A DNA stretch of 24,073 bases from a virus (Duplodnaviria > Caudoviricetes). Where the stretch lies: IMG/VR virus record IMGVR_UViG_3300030376_005973, positions 1-24,073 of that record, one strand, 5' to 3'. The position numbers and the translations under genes are program-made. The notes beneath the pieces were generated by a model that was not told where the DNA came from, did not search any database, and saw nothing but the letters and a program-made list of their open reading frames with translations. Shown here in pieces: positions 1 through 8,719 of this stretch; within the stretch, counting starts at the first letter, position 1; every line of letters begins with the position of its first letter.

Positions 1-221
1 GTAACAGTAAGTTTGTTAGTTTGAAAAATATCACCTGATTGCACCATATATCCACTACCAGCTTTCATATCAAGCACTTGTATTGGATTAAGGCTAGGCA
101 TAGAAATAGAATCTACATCCATTCTAGTCATACTACTTGTTATCCCTACCCCATATTCAGTTTGCGCCTGAACACCGACTATAAACTGTTTAGGGGAATG
201 GGTTTTATATACTAAAGCCAT
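1..221 (-). CDS. partial CDS, putative major tail (tube) protein
   Basis: Manually read ORF MALVYKTHSPKQFIVGVQAQTEYGVGITSSMTRMDVDS... that runs off the window end. It has a TAATG overlap with the upstream ORF and an AAGGAG SD. The call rests on its position after the adaptor and tail-completion genes and a tube-like N-terminus. Confidence 0.5.
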   Translation of the reverse strand, partial: MALVYKTHSPKQFIVGVQAQTEYGVGITSSMTRMDVDSISMPSLNPIQVLDMKAGSGYMVQSGDIFQTNKLTV

Positions 222-412
222 TATTTATCTCCTTTATTTACTTTTGGTTTTACTGACGAACTGCCTATTTCTTTCACAAATTCTTTTGCGTGTTTTGGTA
301 TTGAGCTAACTTCCAAAACATCGCCTTTGTTTAAAGAATTAAAATCTTCAATGCTAAAGCCTCTGTATGAAAAAGCATTATCCATCTTTTTGTCTATTAA
401 TTTAATTTTCAT
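221..412 (-). CDS. hypothetical protein (63 aa)
   Basis: ORF track; AGGAG SD; tightly packed in the operon. Confidence 0.6.
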   Translation of the reverse strand: MKIKLIDKKMDNAFSYRGFSIEDFNSLNKGDVLEVSSIPKHAKEFVKEIGSSSVKPKVNKGDK

Positions 413-424
413 AAATTTCTCCTA

Positions 425-880
425 TTATGCTATATTACCTTGATGTTGACATTTGTATTCCCATTGAACCACATATACACCTGATTCTGCATCAGGGTTA
501 AGTTCCGTTGTTTCAAGCCTGCAATTAAATACATTGCTTGAGTTAGTGTCTGACAATGTCATTGTTATATTGTCGTGTATTAGTGCTTCAATTCTTGATA
601 CATATCTTAAAACATGATCTAATGCAGCCTTTTTAACATTATGTTCTGCAAAATAATAAAAAACATCAATAGTGTATTCTCTAATTTCTCCTGTAACGCT
701 CAAGTCTGTTAAATCACTACCAACTGGATCAAGTCTAATAAATTGACTTCCTTCACTACCTTCTTCTCCTATATATACAGGCAAAGCTCCTTTAAATTCT
801 GCACGAAGAATATTTCTTAATTTATCAAGAATGTTTTTCCAATTATTTTCAAATGTTCCCCCTGATACTAAACTAGGCAT
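425..880 (-). CDS. putative tail completion/terminator protein
   Basis: 151 aa; N-terminal helix followed by alternating beta strands, typical of the tail-terminator fold; lies between the adaptor and the putative tube gene. Function is inferred. Confidence 0.5.
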   Translation of the reverse strand: MPSLVSGGTFENNWKNILDKLRNILRAEFKGALPVYIGEEGSEGSQFIRLDPVGSDLTDLSVTGEIREYTIDVFYYFAEHNVKKAALDHVLRYVSRIEALIHDNITMTLSDTNSSNVFNCRLETTELNPDAESGVYVVQWEYKCQHQGNIA

Positions 881-2118
881 TATTTATAGTACCTTCTAAC
901 AGGTGTTCCACTTCGTGTTAATTTAATAGACTTCATATCAGACGAGTCTACATATTCTCCTCTTCCTGTTACTTCTACTTCCCACTCGTTGGTTGCTGTA
1001 GCTACAGAAGTCTTTGTGTTTCCACCAAATCTTATCTGTAAGCCTCCTGCAAGAGCTTGAAAGTCACCATTAATTTTTTCGGCAGTAACAACTTGAGTTC
1101 CTTGTTGGTTTCCTAATTTATCCCCATTTTTAACCCAAACAGAGTAAGTAGCCGTGCCATCCATTGCACCACCATTGACAATCAAAACTCTAATAAGATC
1201 AAAAGTACCAGAATACTCACCTCTAGTATCTACAGGTCTTACAGAGCCATCTGTATAACTTACATCTCTTATAGTGCCTTGAGGTGCATCTGCTGTGTTC
1301 TGCCAAGATAGAGCCGCCTTACCTTCATTTAGTAAAGCTATATTATTATTAGCTTCTTCCATAAAGGATACAGCTAGTTCAGATGCGTGGTCTTTAGTTT
1401 TAATCATAAAAGAAGCAGCGATCAAGCCAACTGTTCTAACAACCATATAGTCGTAATTTCCAGCTTTATCTTTTAATTGGTTTTTAGGTAAAGAAGGGTC
1501 AACTCTTGAGTCAAAGTATCGGCTTGCATCTGCTGCGTATTGAGTAACCATAGTGCTAAAGTCTTCTCCTGCCTCTATTAATAGGTCATTTGGATCTGTA
1601 GAGCTATACAATAAAACCATATCATCCGAGGAACTGTAATACCAATTATATTCTTCAGTAAGCTCAAGTATCTTAGAAGCTCCTGTGCTTGTAGACCATG
1701 CAGAGATAGAGCTTCCGTCAAATCCCCTTCTTATAGTAAGTGTGTTTGAGGATTTTCCAGTTATAAGGACTTTTTCTTGATTTGAAACACCTAAATACAC
1801 AACATCTCCGACATCAAATCCGTTAGCATCAGCCAAGGTTACTGTATTAAAGTTAGTCGCATCTGCGTCAGGAGCATCGTCTAAGGCTGTGCTTGTAGTT
1901 GATGTTCCACTTGCTATTGTTGATAATGAAGTTGCTCCATTTAGTTCTCTACCATCGGAAAATAATGCAGTTACCAAGCCTGTATCATTAGCTTCGTATA
2001 TGTTTCCACTCCCCATTTGACTCCAACCATAAATAGGAGTCTTTTGGTCAAACTCATCCATTTGAGGAAATATTCTTTTTAATTCTGCATGTGTAATATA
2101 TGTTGGTGCTTGAGCCAT
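880..2118 (-). CDS. putative head-tail adaptor/neck protein with inserted beta-rich domains
   Basis: N-terminal YITHAELK and internal DASRYFDSRV resemble motifs of SPP1 gp15/Mu gp36-type adaptors. They are separated by a beta-rich insert (GFDVGDVV...LTIRRGFDGS). 412 aa. Confidence 0.55.
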   Translation of the reverse strand: MAQAPTYITHAELKRIFPQMDEFDQKTPIYGWSQMGSGNIYEANDTGLVTALFSDGRELNGATSLSTIASGTSTTSTALDDAPDADATNFNTVTLADANGFDVGDVVYLGVSNQEKVLITGKSSNTLTIRRGFDGSSISAWSTSTGASKILELTEEYNWYYSSSDDMVLLYSSTDPNDLLIEAGEDFSTMVTQYAADASRYFDSRVDPSLPKNQLKDKAGNYDYMVVRTVGLIAASFMIKTKDHASELAVSFMEEANNNIALLNEGKAALSWQNTADAPQGTIRDVSYTDGSVRPVDTRGEYSGTFDLIRVLIVNGGAMDGTATYSVWVKNGDKLGNQQGTQVVTAEKINGDFQALAGGLQIRFGGNTKTSVATATNEWEVEVTGRGEYVDSSDMKSIKLTRSGTPVRRYYK

Positions 2119-2121
2119 TAT

Positions 2122-2217
2122 TTATCTCCTCTTTCTTTTAGATCTTTTATATTTTTTAATAGATTCTCGCTTTTTCTTCTTTTCATACTTTTTTTGTTTA
2201 GCTTTTTTATTCGGCAT
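2122..2217 (-). CDS. small very basic protein (31 aa)
   Basis: Manually read MPNKKAKQKKYEKKKKRESIKKYKRSKRKRR. AAGGA SD upstream; fills the gap between two structural genes. Confidence 0.55.
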   Translation of the reverse strand: MPNKKAKQKKYEKKKKRESIKKYKRSKRKRR

Positions 2218-2228
2218 CAATCAATCCT

Positions 2229-3821
2229 TTATTTGTATGTCTTTAAAACAACACTACCATTTTTTTGACTGAATGTGTTAGCTAATATTTCTTTTACAGA
2301 ATTTATCCTTCCTGCCGCTCCCTCATTTAGCTTACCTGAAAAAGCCGAATTATAATTAACTAAATATTTAAATGAAGCATTTGCCATTCCACCACGCATA
2401 TCAAAAGCCCCTGTTTCATAGTTTATAGTACCACTAGCAGCACCTATTAAATTGCCTCTACCGTCATCGTAAACTAAATTTTTTGTACTTGGAGTGGTTC
2501 CGTATGTTATTTTATCATAAACATTTAAATCTGGCAAGTCTGCCGCTACTGCTGTTTTAGGAGTTCCTGCTAGTCTTCCCATAGCGTTGTCTCCACTAAA
2601 TAATCTAGTAGAAGCCGCTCCCCCGCTTGTTGCAGCCGTCAAAGCTATAGCAGAACTACTGGTTCTTTGTTTTGATGTAACTCTAATATCTCCTCCATTT
2701 ATAGTAACTTCAGCACCTAGCTCAAAATTGTTTTTAGATTTATCATAAAATAATGCGTCAATAGCAGCTTGAAGTTTAGATACTATCCCATTTTTTCCAC
2801 CAAACTTTGTATTGGTAGCATCAACTGCAAATGAAACTTCTTCAGCCGTAGCTCCGTCAATACTAACTTTTACATAATAAGTTGATCCTGCTGTTAAACC
2901 TGACTCTGTATTTATAGTAATTCCATTTAAACCAAATTCTTGATACCCTGGCTCATAAAACTTTAAAGCAAAAGATCCAGGAACTATACCGACATTAGCT
3001 GTTGCGGTTTGACTTCTAGCTAGTCCAAACATATTAGTTATCTTAAATCTTCCTAATGCGTCTGTTTGAGCAAGTGAAAAGGTATCATATTCGTGATATG
3101 CATTAAAAAATGCAAAATTTATAGCAGGTGTTCCGCTGTGGCTTGCAACAGCGCTTCCGTAGTGCGCTCTTGAAACTATAATATGATTGTCAGCTACAGT
3201 AGAAGATGTAGGGTTGTCATCGTATGTGCCTTCAACTCTCAATATCTCATTAGCTACCCTCAATAGGTCACCTACTCGGAATAGTTCGTGGCCAAGATTT
3301 GTTTCTATAACAATAGGGTCAGTTGTATCGTTTAACTCTTCAGAAACAACAGTTGCACCTGAAGCTGTCTTAAGATTAGATTCGCCCGCAGAAGCTGGAA
3401 CTGCATAGTTTCCAGAGTTAGTTATAGTTCCATCAAATTGAGTAGTTAAAGGATTATCACTTCCATCTACTTCTGTAGATATAACGCTTCTTACAGGTGG
3501 AGAAAAAGATTCTCCTGGTAATAACATTGTATGTAAATAATTAGTTTTTCCTGCGCCTGTTGTTTCATTAGAATAAGTTTCATATCCAGTAAGTATGTTT
3601 ATTGGGCATAACCCATCGTTTGAAACCTCAATTCTTGAAGGCATAGCTTCGTTTGTAGCGCTTGATGAAGCTGATGATATTGCAAATATTCTATTTGAAG
3701 TTCCCTTAGATACTGCGCTTTGTTTTTCTACTACTGGTTTTGACGCTACGCTGCCTCCTCTAGTTGTTGGTAGTCCTCCTGAATATTGCATGGTTGCCGG
3801 TATTGAGTCTGTTCCTGCCAT
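2229..3821 (-). CDS. virion structural/fibre-like protein (530 aa)
   Basis: G/S/T/A-rich beta-strand composition. Has a VGDLLRV..E.LRV..IVSRAHYGS..ASH module and a C-terminal DDGRGNL..GTINYETG motif of the kind seen in phage structural proteins. AAGGAG SD. Confidence 0.6.
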   Translation of the reverse strand: MAGTDSIPATMQYSGGLPTTRGGSVASKPVVEKQSAVSKGTSNRIFAISSASSSATNEAMPSRIEVSNDGLCPINILTGYETYSNETTGAGKTNYLHTMLLPGESFSPPVRSVISTEVDGSDNPLTTQFDGTITNSGNYAVPASAGESNLKTASGATVVSEELNDTTDPIVIETNLGHELFRVGDLLRVANEILRVEGTYDDNPTSSTVADNHIIVSRAHYGSAVASHSGTPAINFAFFNAYHEYDTFSLAQTDALGRFKITNMFGLARSQTATANVGIVPGSFALKFYEPGYQEFGLNGITINTESGLTAGSTYYVKVSIDGATAEEVSFAVDATNTKFGGKNGIVSKLQAAIDALFYDKSKNNFELGAEVTINGGDIRVTSKQRTSSSAIALTAATSGGAASTRLFSGDNAMGRLAGTPKTAVAADLPDLNVYDKITYGTTPSTKNLVYDDGRGNLIGAASGTINYETGAFDMRGGMANASFKYLVNYNSAFSGKLNEGAAGRINSVKEILANTFSQKNGSVVLKTYK

Positions 3822-3831
3822 AATATCTCCT

Positions 3832-4596
3832 TTATCTTAAATGATACCGAACTAAAGCATTTACGCTATAATCCGAGTTAGTTCCGTTTCCTTCTATTGT
3901 GAAGGCTAAATAATTTCCTGAATCTACATTTGCTGACTGTATGTCTAGTGGTGTCTTGTTAAATGTTTCGTACCCTCCATTAAAAAGACCGATAGATTGG
4001 TCAGCTACAACTGTAGTGCTACTCCACTCATCTACAGTTGTTGTGTCGCTTGTAGCTAAACTCAATAGATGAAAATTAATAGAATCTCCCGTTGCTGTTG
4101 TTGCTCCTACTAAAACAGTTACTGCATCTATAACTATATTTACATCTACATAATGCAGATAGTGAATCCAATCATCTCCGTTATTACTTACTGCGGGAGC
4201 TGAAGGGTTTGCCCCTGTCCCAAAAGTTACGACTGCATTTGCTCCCATTCCTGCGATAGGCACTCCAATATGTGTTCCACTATCCACATCTATGTCTTTT
4301 GATCCAAATCTTAAATATTGAGTATTTACATTAGAAAGAGTCGCCCCTGCCTTAACTGCATTTTCTGAGCCATCTACATTAAATATTTTAGTGCCTCCTG
4401 CATTTTTCACAACCATTGTTGATGAAGTATTTACCGCAGGAGTAAATTGTAGTGATTTTTGACCCAACTTAATTCCGGTGTCTGTTCCGTTGCCATCCTG
4501 AATAACGGTTCCGTTTGATGCCATACCACTATTAGAGTTGTTTAGAGTCAACAAGTCTTTATATGTGCTTGCTATTGTTTTGTCTGTCAATGCCAT
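3832..4596 (-). CDS. virion structural/fibre-like protein (254 aa)
   Basis: G/T/N-rich N-terminal shaft-like segment followed by a beta-rich C-terminal head; AGGAG SD. Confidence 0.55.
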   Translation of the reverse strand: MALTDKTIASTYKDLLTLNNSNSGMASNGTVIQDGNGTDTGIKLGQKSLQFTPAVNTSSTMVVKNAGGTKIFNVDGSENAVKAGATLSNVNTQYLRFGSKDIDVDSGTHIGVPIAGMGANAVVTFGTGANPSAPAVSNNGDDWIHYLHYVDVNIVIDAVTVLVGATTATGDSINFHLLSLATSDTTTVDEWSSTTVVADQSIGLFNGGYETFNKTPLDIQSANVDSGNYLAFTIEGNGTNSDYSVNALVRYHLR

Positions 4597-4604
4597 TTAT
4601 TCTC

Positions 4605-5567
4605 CTAACTATCTGTATGTATTGAGGCAGGTAAAGCTGTTGCCTTCATTATTATTGGTGGATAAAATCTATCAGGGTCAGTATCTTGCCTTCCACCATA
4701 TCTTATTCTAGTAGTAGTTCCACTAGTTGCAAGTGCAAGCCAATATGTATATGAGCTTCCTGCTGTCAATCCACCTGCTACAAATTTTATTGTATTGTAT
4801 CTATCATCTGTTTCATCTGCTAAATCTCCACCATAAACATAAGCCAAATCCCAAGTAGTTGAGCCATCTCCAAGTTCAGCAGTTGCTTGGTTAAATGTAG
4901 CATTGTCAGATAATGCAGAAGTTATTGATTTATTAGAGTGAAATGAATCCCTGAAATAATTAACCCCAATCTCAACATTTCCACTTGGTGGTGCCACAAA
5001 AGTAACTTTAGCATCAGCATCTACGACTGCAAGACTTGTTGTTAGATTAACATATTGTGCAGTTGTAGGGGATAAATGAGTATAGCCTAAAATCATACCT
5101 GCATAGGCACTATTAGTTGCACTAAACTCTGTTCCTGCTTTACTAGCAACAAACCTTCCTAATCCTGAATCCTGTGTTAATGTCCCCCCAACATCTAATG
5201 TAAGATTGCCTAAATTAATTGGAGCTATTGTTAAACCTGCCCCATCTATTTGAATATTTCCTATAACAATATGATTGCTTCCATCCTTATCTATAAACTG
5301 TATTACTCCATTTTCAGGCTCTAAGTCTATCCCTGCTGTAGCTATTATCTCGAGGTCGCTAGAACTTCTTGAAATTATTGTATTATTATTTAAATGTAGT
5401 TGATTATTGTCTCCAATCGTTACTTCTCCATCAACTGTATTAGAAGATAAGTTTGAGCCTTTTATTTTTCCTTCATTGTTAATAAAAATACCTGTAGCAT
5501 TATCATCAACATAGATTTGCTGAAAGTCTTTACTTAGCGGCCCTTTTATTGTTAATTGGTTGCTCAT
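4605..5567 (-). CDS. fibre-like structural protein (320 aa)
   Basis: Beta-repeat-like N-terminal half and a C-terminal beta-sandwich-like segment (GLTAGSSYTYW); ATGA overlap with the upstream gene. Confidence 0.55.
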   Translation of the reverse strand: MSNQLTIKGPLSKDFQQIYVDDNATGIFINNEGKIKGSNLSSNTVDGEVTIGDNNQLHLNNNTIISRSSSDLEIIATAGIDLEPENGVIQFIDKDGSNHIVIGNIQIDGAGLTIAPINLGNLTLDVGGTLTQDSGLGRFVASKAGTEFSATNSAYAGMILGYTHLSPTTAQYVNLTTSLAVVDADAKVTFVAPPSGNVEIGVNYFRDSFHSNKSITSALSDNATFNQATAELGDGSTTWDLAYVYGGDLADETDDRYNTIKFVAGGLTAGSSYTYWLALATSGTTTRIRYGGRQDTDPDRFYPPIIMKATALPASIHTDS

Positions 5568-5764
5568 TTTTTAAAAATCGATAACCTTTTTTCTATTTTT
5601 TTTATTTTGGGTTGCAGTTTTTCTAGTTTTAATATCTTGTTTTCTAACTCTAGCACTTTATGATCTAACTCATTAGGCTTTTCAACATATTCTAATACTT
5701 TAAACAACTTAAAGTTTTTAGCTAAAAGGTTAATAATTTTATTGATAACGAGTTTCTGTAACAT
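5564..5764 (-). CDS. hypothetical coiled-coil protein (66 aa)
   Basis: ORF track; heptad L/I pattern; translationally coupled on both sides. Confidence 0.6.
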   Translation of the reverse strand: MLQKLVINKIINLLAKNFKLFKVLEYVEKPNELDHKVLELENKILKLEKLQPKIKKIEKRLSIFKK

Positions 5765-6030
5765 TATTTGTCAGACTTTAAACCTTTAATCAGACCTCTA
5801 ACCATTGATCCGAATATATTATCTATTAAATCGATAAACCAAGGCTCTATAGTTTTATTCCAGACACCTTTAGTCCATTTAAACTTGCTTAATCCTGCTG
5901 TCATAGCAACACCAAGCTTTTCAAACCCACCTTCTACAAATGCACAAATCTTTTCATTTGGTATCTTTTTTAATATAAAAAGTAAAATTCCACCACCACC
6001 TAATCCTAATCCTAGTCCTAAAAAGTCCAT
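5764..6030 (-). CDS. membrane-associated protein, possible lysis accessory (88 aa)
   Basis: N-terminal hydrophobic Gly-rich segment (FLGLGLGLGGGGILLFIL) followed by amphipathic helices; AAGGAG SD. Confidence 0.55.
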   Translation of the reverse strand: MDFLGLGLGLGGGGILLFILKKIPNEKICAFVEGGFEKLGVAMTAGLSKFKWTKGVWNKTIEPWFIDLIDNIFGSMVRGLIKGLKSDK

Positions 6031-6031
6031 A

Positions 6032-6190
6032 TCATTCTCCTTTATTTTCTAATCTTTTAACTTTCCCACGAAGACTTCTTATTTCGTTTTCAAGTTTTCT
6101 TATTTTTAAACCAAAGCTATTTATTTTAATGTCTAATTCGCTTCTCATCATCTTTAACAACTTTTTGTCTTGCAAACTACTTCTTATCAT
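6032..6190 (-). CDS. small basic coiled-coil protein (52 aa)
   Basis: Manually read MIRSSLQDKKLLKMMRSELDIKINSFGLKIRKLENEIRSLRGKVKRLENKGE; ATGA overlap with the MscS-like gene. Confidence 0.6.
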   Translation of the reverse strand: MIRSSLQDKKLLKMMRSELDIKINSFGLKIRKLENEIRSLRGKVKRLENKGE

Positions 6191-6552
6191 TTTTCTTCCC
6201 ACTTGCTTAAATCTAGCATCTGTAATGGTCTTTCTATCGTGTGGTCTTTAAGCTTATCGTTTTGGATCTGTATCTTTGTTCCACCTTTTACAAACGGCTT
6301 TCCATTGGCAGTTCCAATATCGTAAGCAAAGAATGTTGTCTTCCAAAAACCAACCCTTATAACTCTTGCAGGGCGACCGTCTAGTATCACTACATCGTCG
6401 GTATTTAAATCCTTACCAAAAAAGATTTTTACCCCTTCAACCACGGTTTCTATAGTCGATTTAAATAATAGTAAAGCAATTCCAGATACAAACAGCCATA
6501 CCCAGTTTCCCAAGAACCCTTCTGCTTGTTTTTGTAATTCCTCTTCGTTCAT
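6187..6552 (-). CDS. truncated MscS-family (small mechanosensitive channel)-like protein
   Basis: GIALLLFKSTIETVVEGVKIFFGKDLNTDDVVILDGRPARVIRVGFWKT...KIQIQNDKL aligns by eye to MscS TM3a/TM3b plus the middle beta domain. TM1/TM2 and the C-terminal alpha/beta domain are absent. Confidence 0.6.
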   Translation of the reverse strand: MNEEELQKQAEGFLGNWVWLFVSGIALLLFKSTIETVVEGVKIFFGKDLNTDDVVILDGRPARVIRVGFWKTTFFAYDIGTANGKPFVKGGTKIQIQNDKLKDHTIERPLQMLDLSKWEEK

Positions 6553-6555
6553 TCA

Positions 6556-6702
6556 TTACTTCATTAACTTATAAATTTTTGCGCATATATATACGAATGT
6601 TGCCAACCCAACTAAAACTCTTACTAATATAGGCAACCATTCCATCCAAGTAACAACCATGCCACTTGCACCTGCTGTTACTGTTCTTAAACTATCTAGC
6701 AT
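6556..6702 (-). CDS. putative small holin (48 aa)
   Basis: Manually read MLDSLRTVTAGASGMVVTWMEWLPILVRVLVGLATFVYICAKIYKLMK: 1-2 hydrophobic helices and a basic C-tail, downstream of the lysozyme; AAGGA SD. Confidence 0.5.
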   Translation of the reverse strand: MLDSLRTVTAGASGMVVTWMEWLPILVRVLVGLATFVYICAKIYKLMK

Positions 6703-6785
6703 CAATATTCCTTGAAAATTTTGGAAGCGTAGTGCAACTAGCCGTCTTAGCCATAGAGTATGGAGAGTAAAGTAAAGAGGATGTA

Positions 6786-8000
6786 CTATACGACCACCTT
6801 GAATATCGTTTCTTTTTTATTGGTTTTTTTAGCTGATTTTGCATTATACGCCTCCAAAGTTTTATCAATATCGTAACCATTACAATTTACATTCTGCAAG
6901 TCTATTTTAATTCCATCTCGATTTCCATTATCATAAAACACATAAGCGTTTTGACTTGCTCTTCCACCGAGATTTAAAGCTTTTTCAGAGTAATCGTTTG
7001 CTCCTACCATACTTGAAGATCTGCCAAAACAATCCCCTACTCTAGCTGAATGAACATGCCCAAATATAACATAGTCTATTCTGATACCTTTCATAGAGTA
7101 TCTTCCACATATTTGGTTTATAGACTTTTCTACGCCTGCACTTATCGCTCCATGACCATGAAGCATTAAAAGGTTTTGTCCTGCTACATCTATGACTATT
7201 TCAGATGGATCGCCATCTATAAAATGTACCTTTGATTCTTTAAACAGGTACCTCAAACAAGTAAATATAGTATAATCATAATTATCTGTAGCTACTGAAT
7301 TTGACCAACCTAATTCTTTATTGGCACGCCCTTCATTTCCTACTACACTTGCAACACTTACATTAAAGCTTTTATTTAGGTCGAGTATGACTTGCTGCAT
7401 TATATCGACTGCTAAAAAGGTAGCCTTCGCCCTATTTGAAGCCTGATTAAGTAATTCATCCAGCCTTCGGTCACTATTCATTAGATCTCCAGTTAAAGCA
7501 ACCACGACTTGGCTAACTCCGTTAACCTTAAAATAAGCTGATGCCTTTTCTACAAAGTATTGGCATCGTTGCGAGGCAACTTTAAAGTCATATTTATTGT
7601 TCTGAAGTTCAACTAATTCATTAAAGTGAACATCACTAAATTGGATGACCCCAACCGCCCTTTTACTAATCTTATGACTTTTAGTGAGCTTATGTAGTCT
7701 ATTCTTTTCAAAAAGCTTTTTTAATTCTTTGCTGTATTCTTCTACAGCGTTCTCAATTCTTGCGTGTTCCCTGAAGCCCTTTCTTTCTATCCTGGTAACA
7801 TCTTGGGCTTTCTGCTTCTGTTTTCTATACCTTACATTCTCTCGGAGAAGCTCTAAATCCTCTATAGGATTAACAGTTCTATACTTGCAGCCCCTACACT
7901 CATATCTTTGCTTGTATTTGTCAAAACCACTTTTAGTTAGACCTGTATTGTAGCATCTAGGGCAAGCTAGAACCTTATTTAGGTATTCATCAGATGACAT
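6786..8000 (-). CDS. calcineurin-like metallophosphoesterase with N-terminal zinc ribbon
   Basis: Motifs SDVHF, TGDLM, GNEGR, LHGH and FGHVH; N-terminal CPRC...CRGC ribbon. Confidence 0.8.
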   Translation of the reverse strand: MSSDEYLNKVLACPRCYNTGLTKSGFDKYKQRYECRGCKYRTVNPIEDLELLRENVRYRKQKQKAQDVTRIERKGFREHARIENAVEEYSKELKKLFEKNRLHKLTKSHKISKRAVGVIQFSDVHFNELVELQNNKYDFKVASQRCQYFVEKASAYFKVNGVSQVVVALTGDLMNSDRRLDELLNQASNRAKATFLAVDIMQQVILDLNKSFNVSVASVVGNEGRANKELGWSNSVATDNYDYTIFTCLRYLFKESKVHFIDGDPSEIVIDVAGQNLLMLHGHGAISAGVEKSINQICGRYSMKGIRIDYVIFGHVHSARVGDCFGRSSSMVGANDYSEKALNLGGRASQNAYVFYDNGNRDGIKIDLQNVNCNGYDIDKTLEAYNAKSAKKTNKKETIFKVVV

Positions 8001-8030
8001 AATTTACCTTATGGCGTAGATAAAAAGCAA

Positions 8031-8435
8031 CTAAAGAGATTTTATTATTTCGGATAGTTCTTTAGCTCTGTTGGGAGTCTGCACAGCCCACTTGGAATCA
8101 AGCATCTCTTCCGATGCTTTTTCCCACTCTGCTTCTTGTAGGTACGCTATGGTTTTCTTAAATTTGCAAAATCCTCTAAAGCCTAATTGGTATGCCATAT
8201 TAAGCATAACATTTCTAACTTCTATAGGACTTGTCTTAAACCAATCAAATGTATTTTCAAAGCTTTTTTCTAATACTTCTAATTTTTCAGTAAGGATCAA
8301 CTCACATACTTCTTCAGATAAATAAAGGTCTTTAATGGCGAAGCCCACGCCTATCGTGTCTACTCCAGCCGTACACTTATATACTTTAGGCTTATATCCT
8401 TCGTGAATCTTTAATTGTTCTATTATATCTTTCAT
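8031..8435 (-). CDS. endolysin, T4-type lysozyme (GH24)
   Basis: HEGYKPKVYKCTAGVDTIGVG gives the E-x8-(D/C)-x5-T catalytic spacing; also NMAYQLG and SKWAVQTPNRA. ATG at 8435 is preferred over GTG at 8477. Confidence 0.9.
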   Translation of the reverse strand: MKDIIEQLKIHEGYKPKVYKCTAGVDTIGVGFAIKDLYLSEEVCELILTEKLEVLEKSFENTFDWFKTSPIEVRNVMLNMAYQLGFRGFCKFKKTIAYLQEAEWEKASEEMLDSKWAVQTPNRAKELSEIIKSL

Positions 8436-8466
8436 AATGTGATACTGCTCTGTCCAGTATTCGTAT

Positions 8467-8646
8467 TTATTTTGCACTCTTTTTAGATTTTTTCTTTTTA
8501 GGTTTAGGCTTAGGCTTGTCTTTTATTTCTTCCCATCCTTTATCTTTCAACCTTTGCAATTTTTTATCAGTAAGTTTTTCATCGGCAAAACCACGAATCT
8601 CGCCTCTGTCTTTAACTCTTATACCATTGTATTTAAATTTTCTCAT
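8467..8646 (-). CDS. small Lys-rich protein after the capsid gene (59 aa)
   Basis: Manually read MRKFKYNGIRVKDRGEIRGFADEKLTDKKLQRLKDKGWEEIKDKPKPKPKKKKSKKSAK; AAGGGA SD. Confidence 0.6.
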   Translation of the reverse strand: MRKFKYNGIRVKDRGEIRGFADEKLTDKKLQRLKDKGWEEIKDKPKPKPKKKKSKKSAK

Positions 8647-8663
8647 TTCTTCCCTTATGGTTT

Positions 8664-8698
8664 AAAATATAAATGGCAGGGGGTTTCCCCCCTACCAT
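8664..8698 (-). terminator. intrinsic terminator/attenuator hairpin after the major capsid gene
   Basis: Minus strand ATGGTAGGGGG-GAAA-CCCCCTGCCAT: 11-bp stem, GNRA loop, then TTATATTTT. Confidence 0.75.
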
Positions 8699-8719
8699 AT
8701 ATTTAAGCTAACTTATTTA

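Noticed and set aside
5999-6021. Hexamer tandem repeat CCTAAT/CCTAGT as a slippage locus
   Set aside because: It simply encodes the Gly-Leu repeat in frame; short and imperfect.
7880-7970. IS1 InsA-like zinc ribbon suggesting an insertion sequence
   Set aside because: It is fused in frame to a metallophosphoesterase; no transposase domain or terminal repeats.
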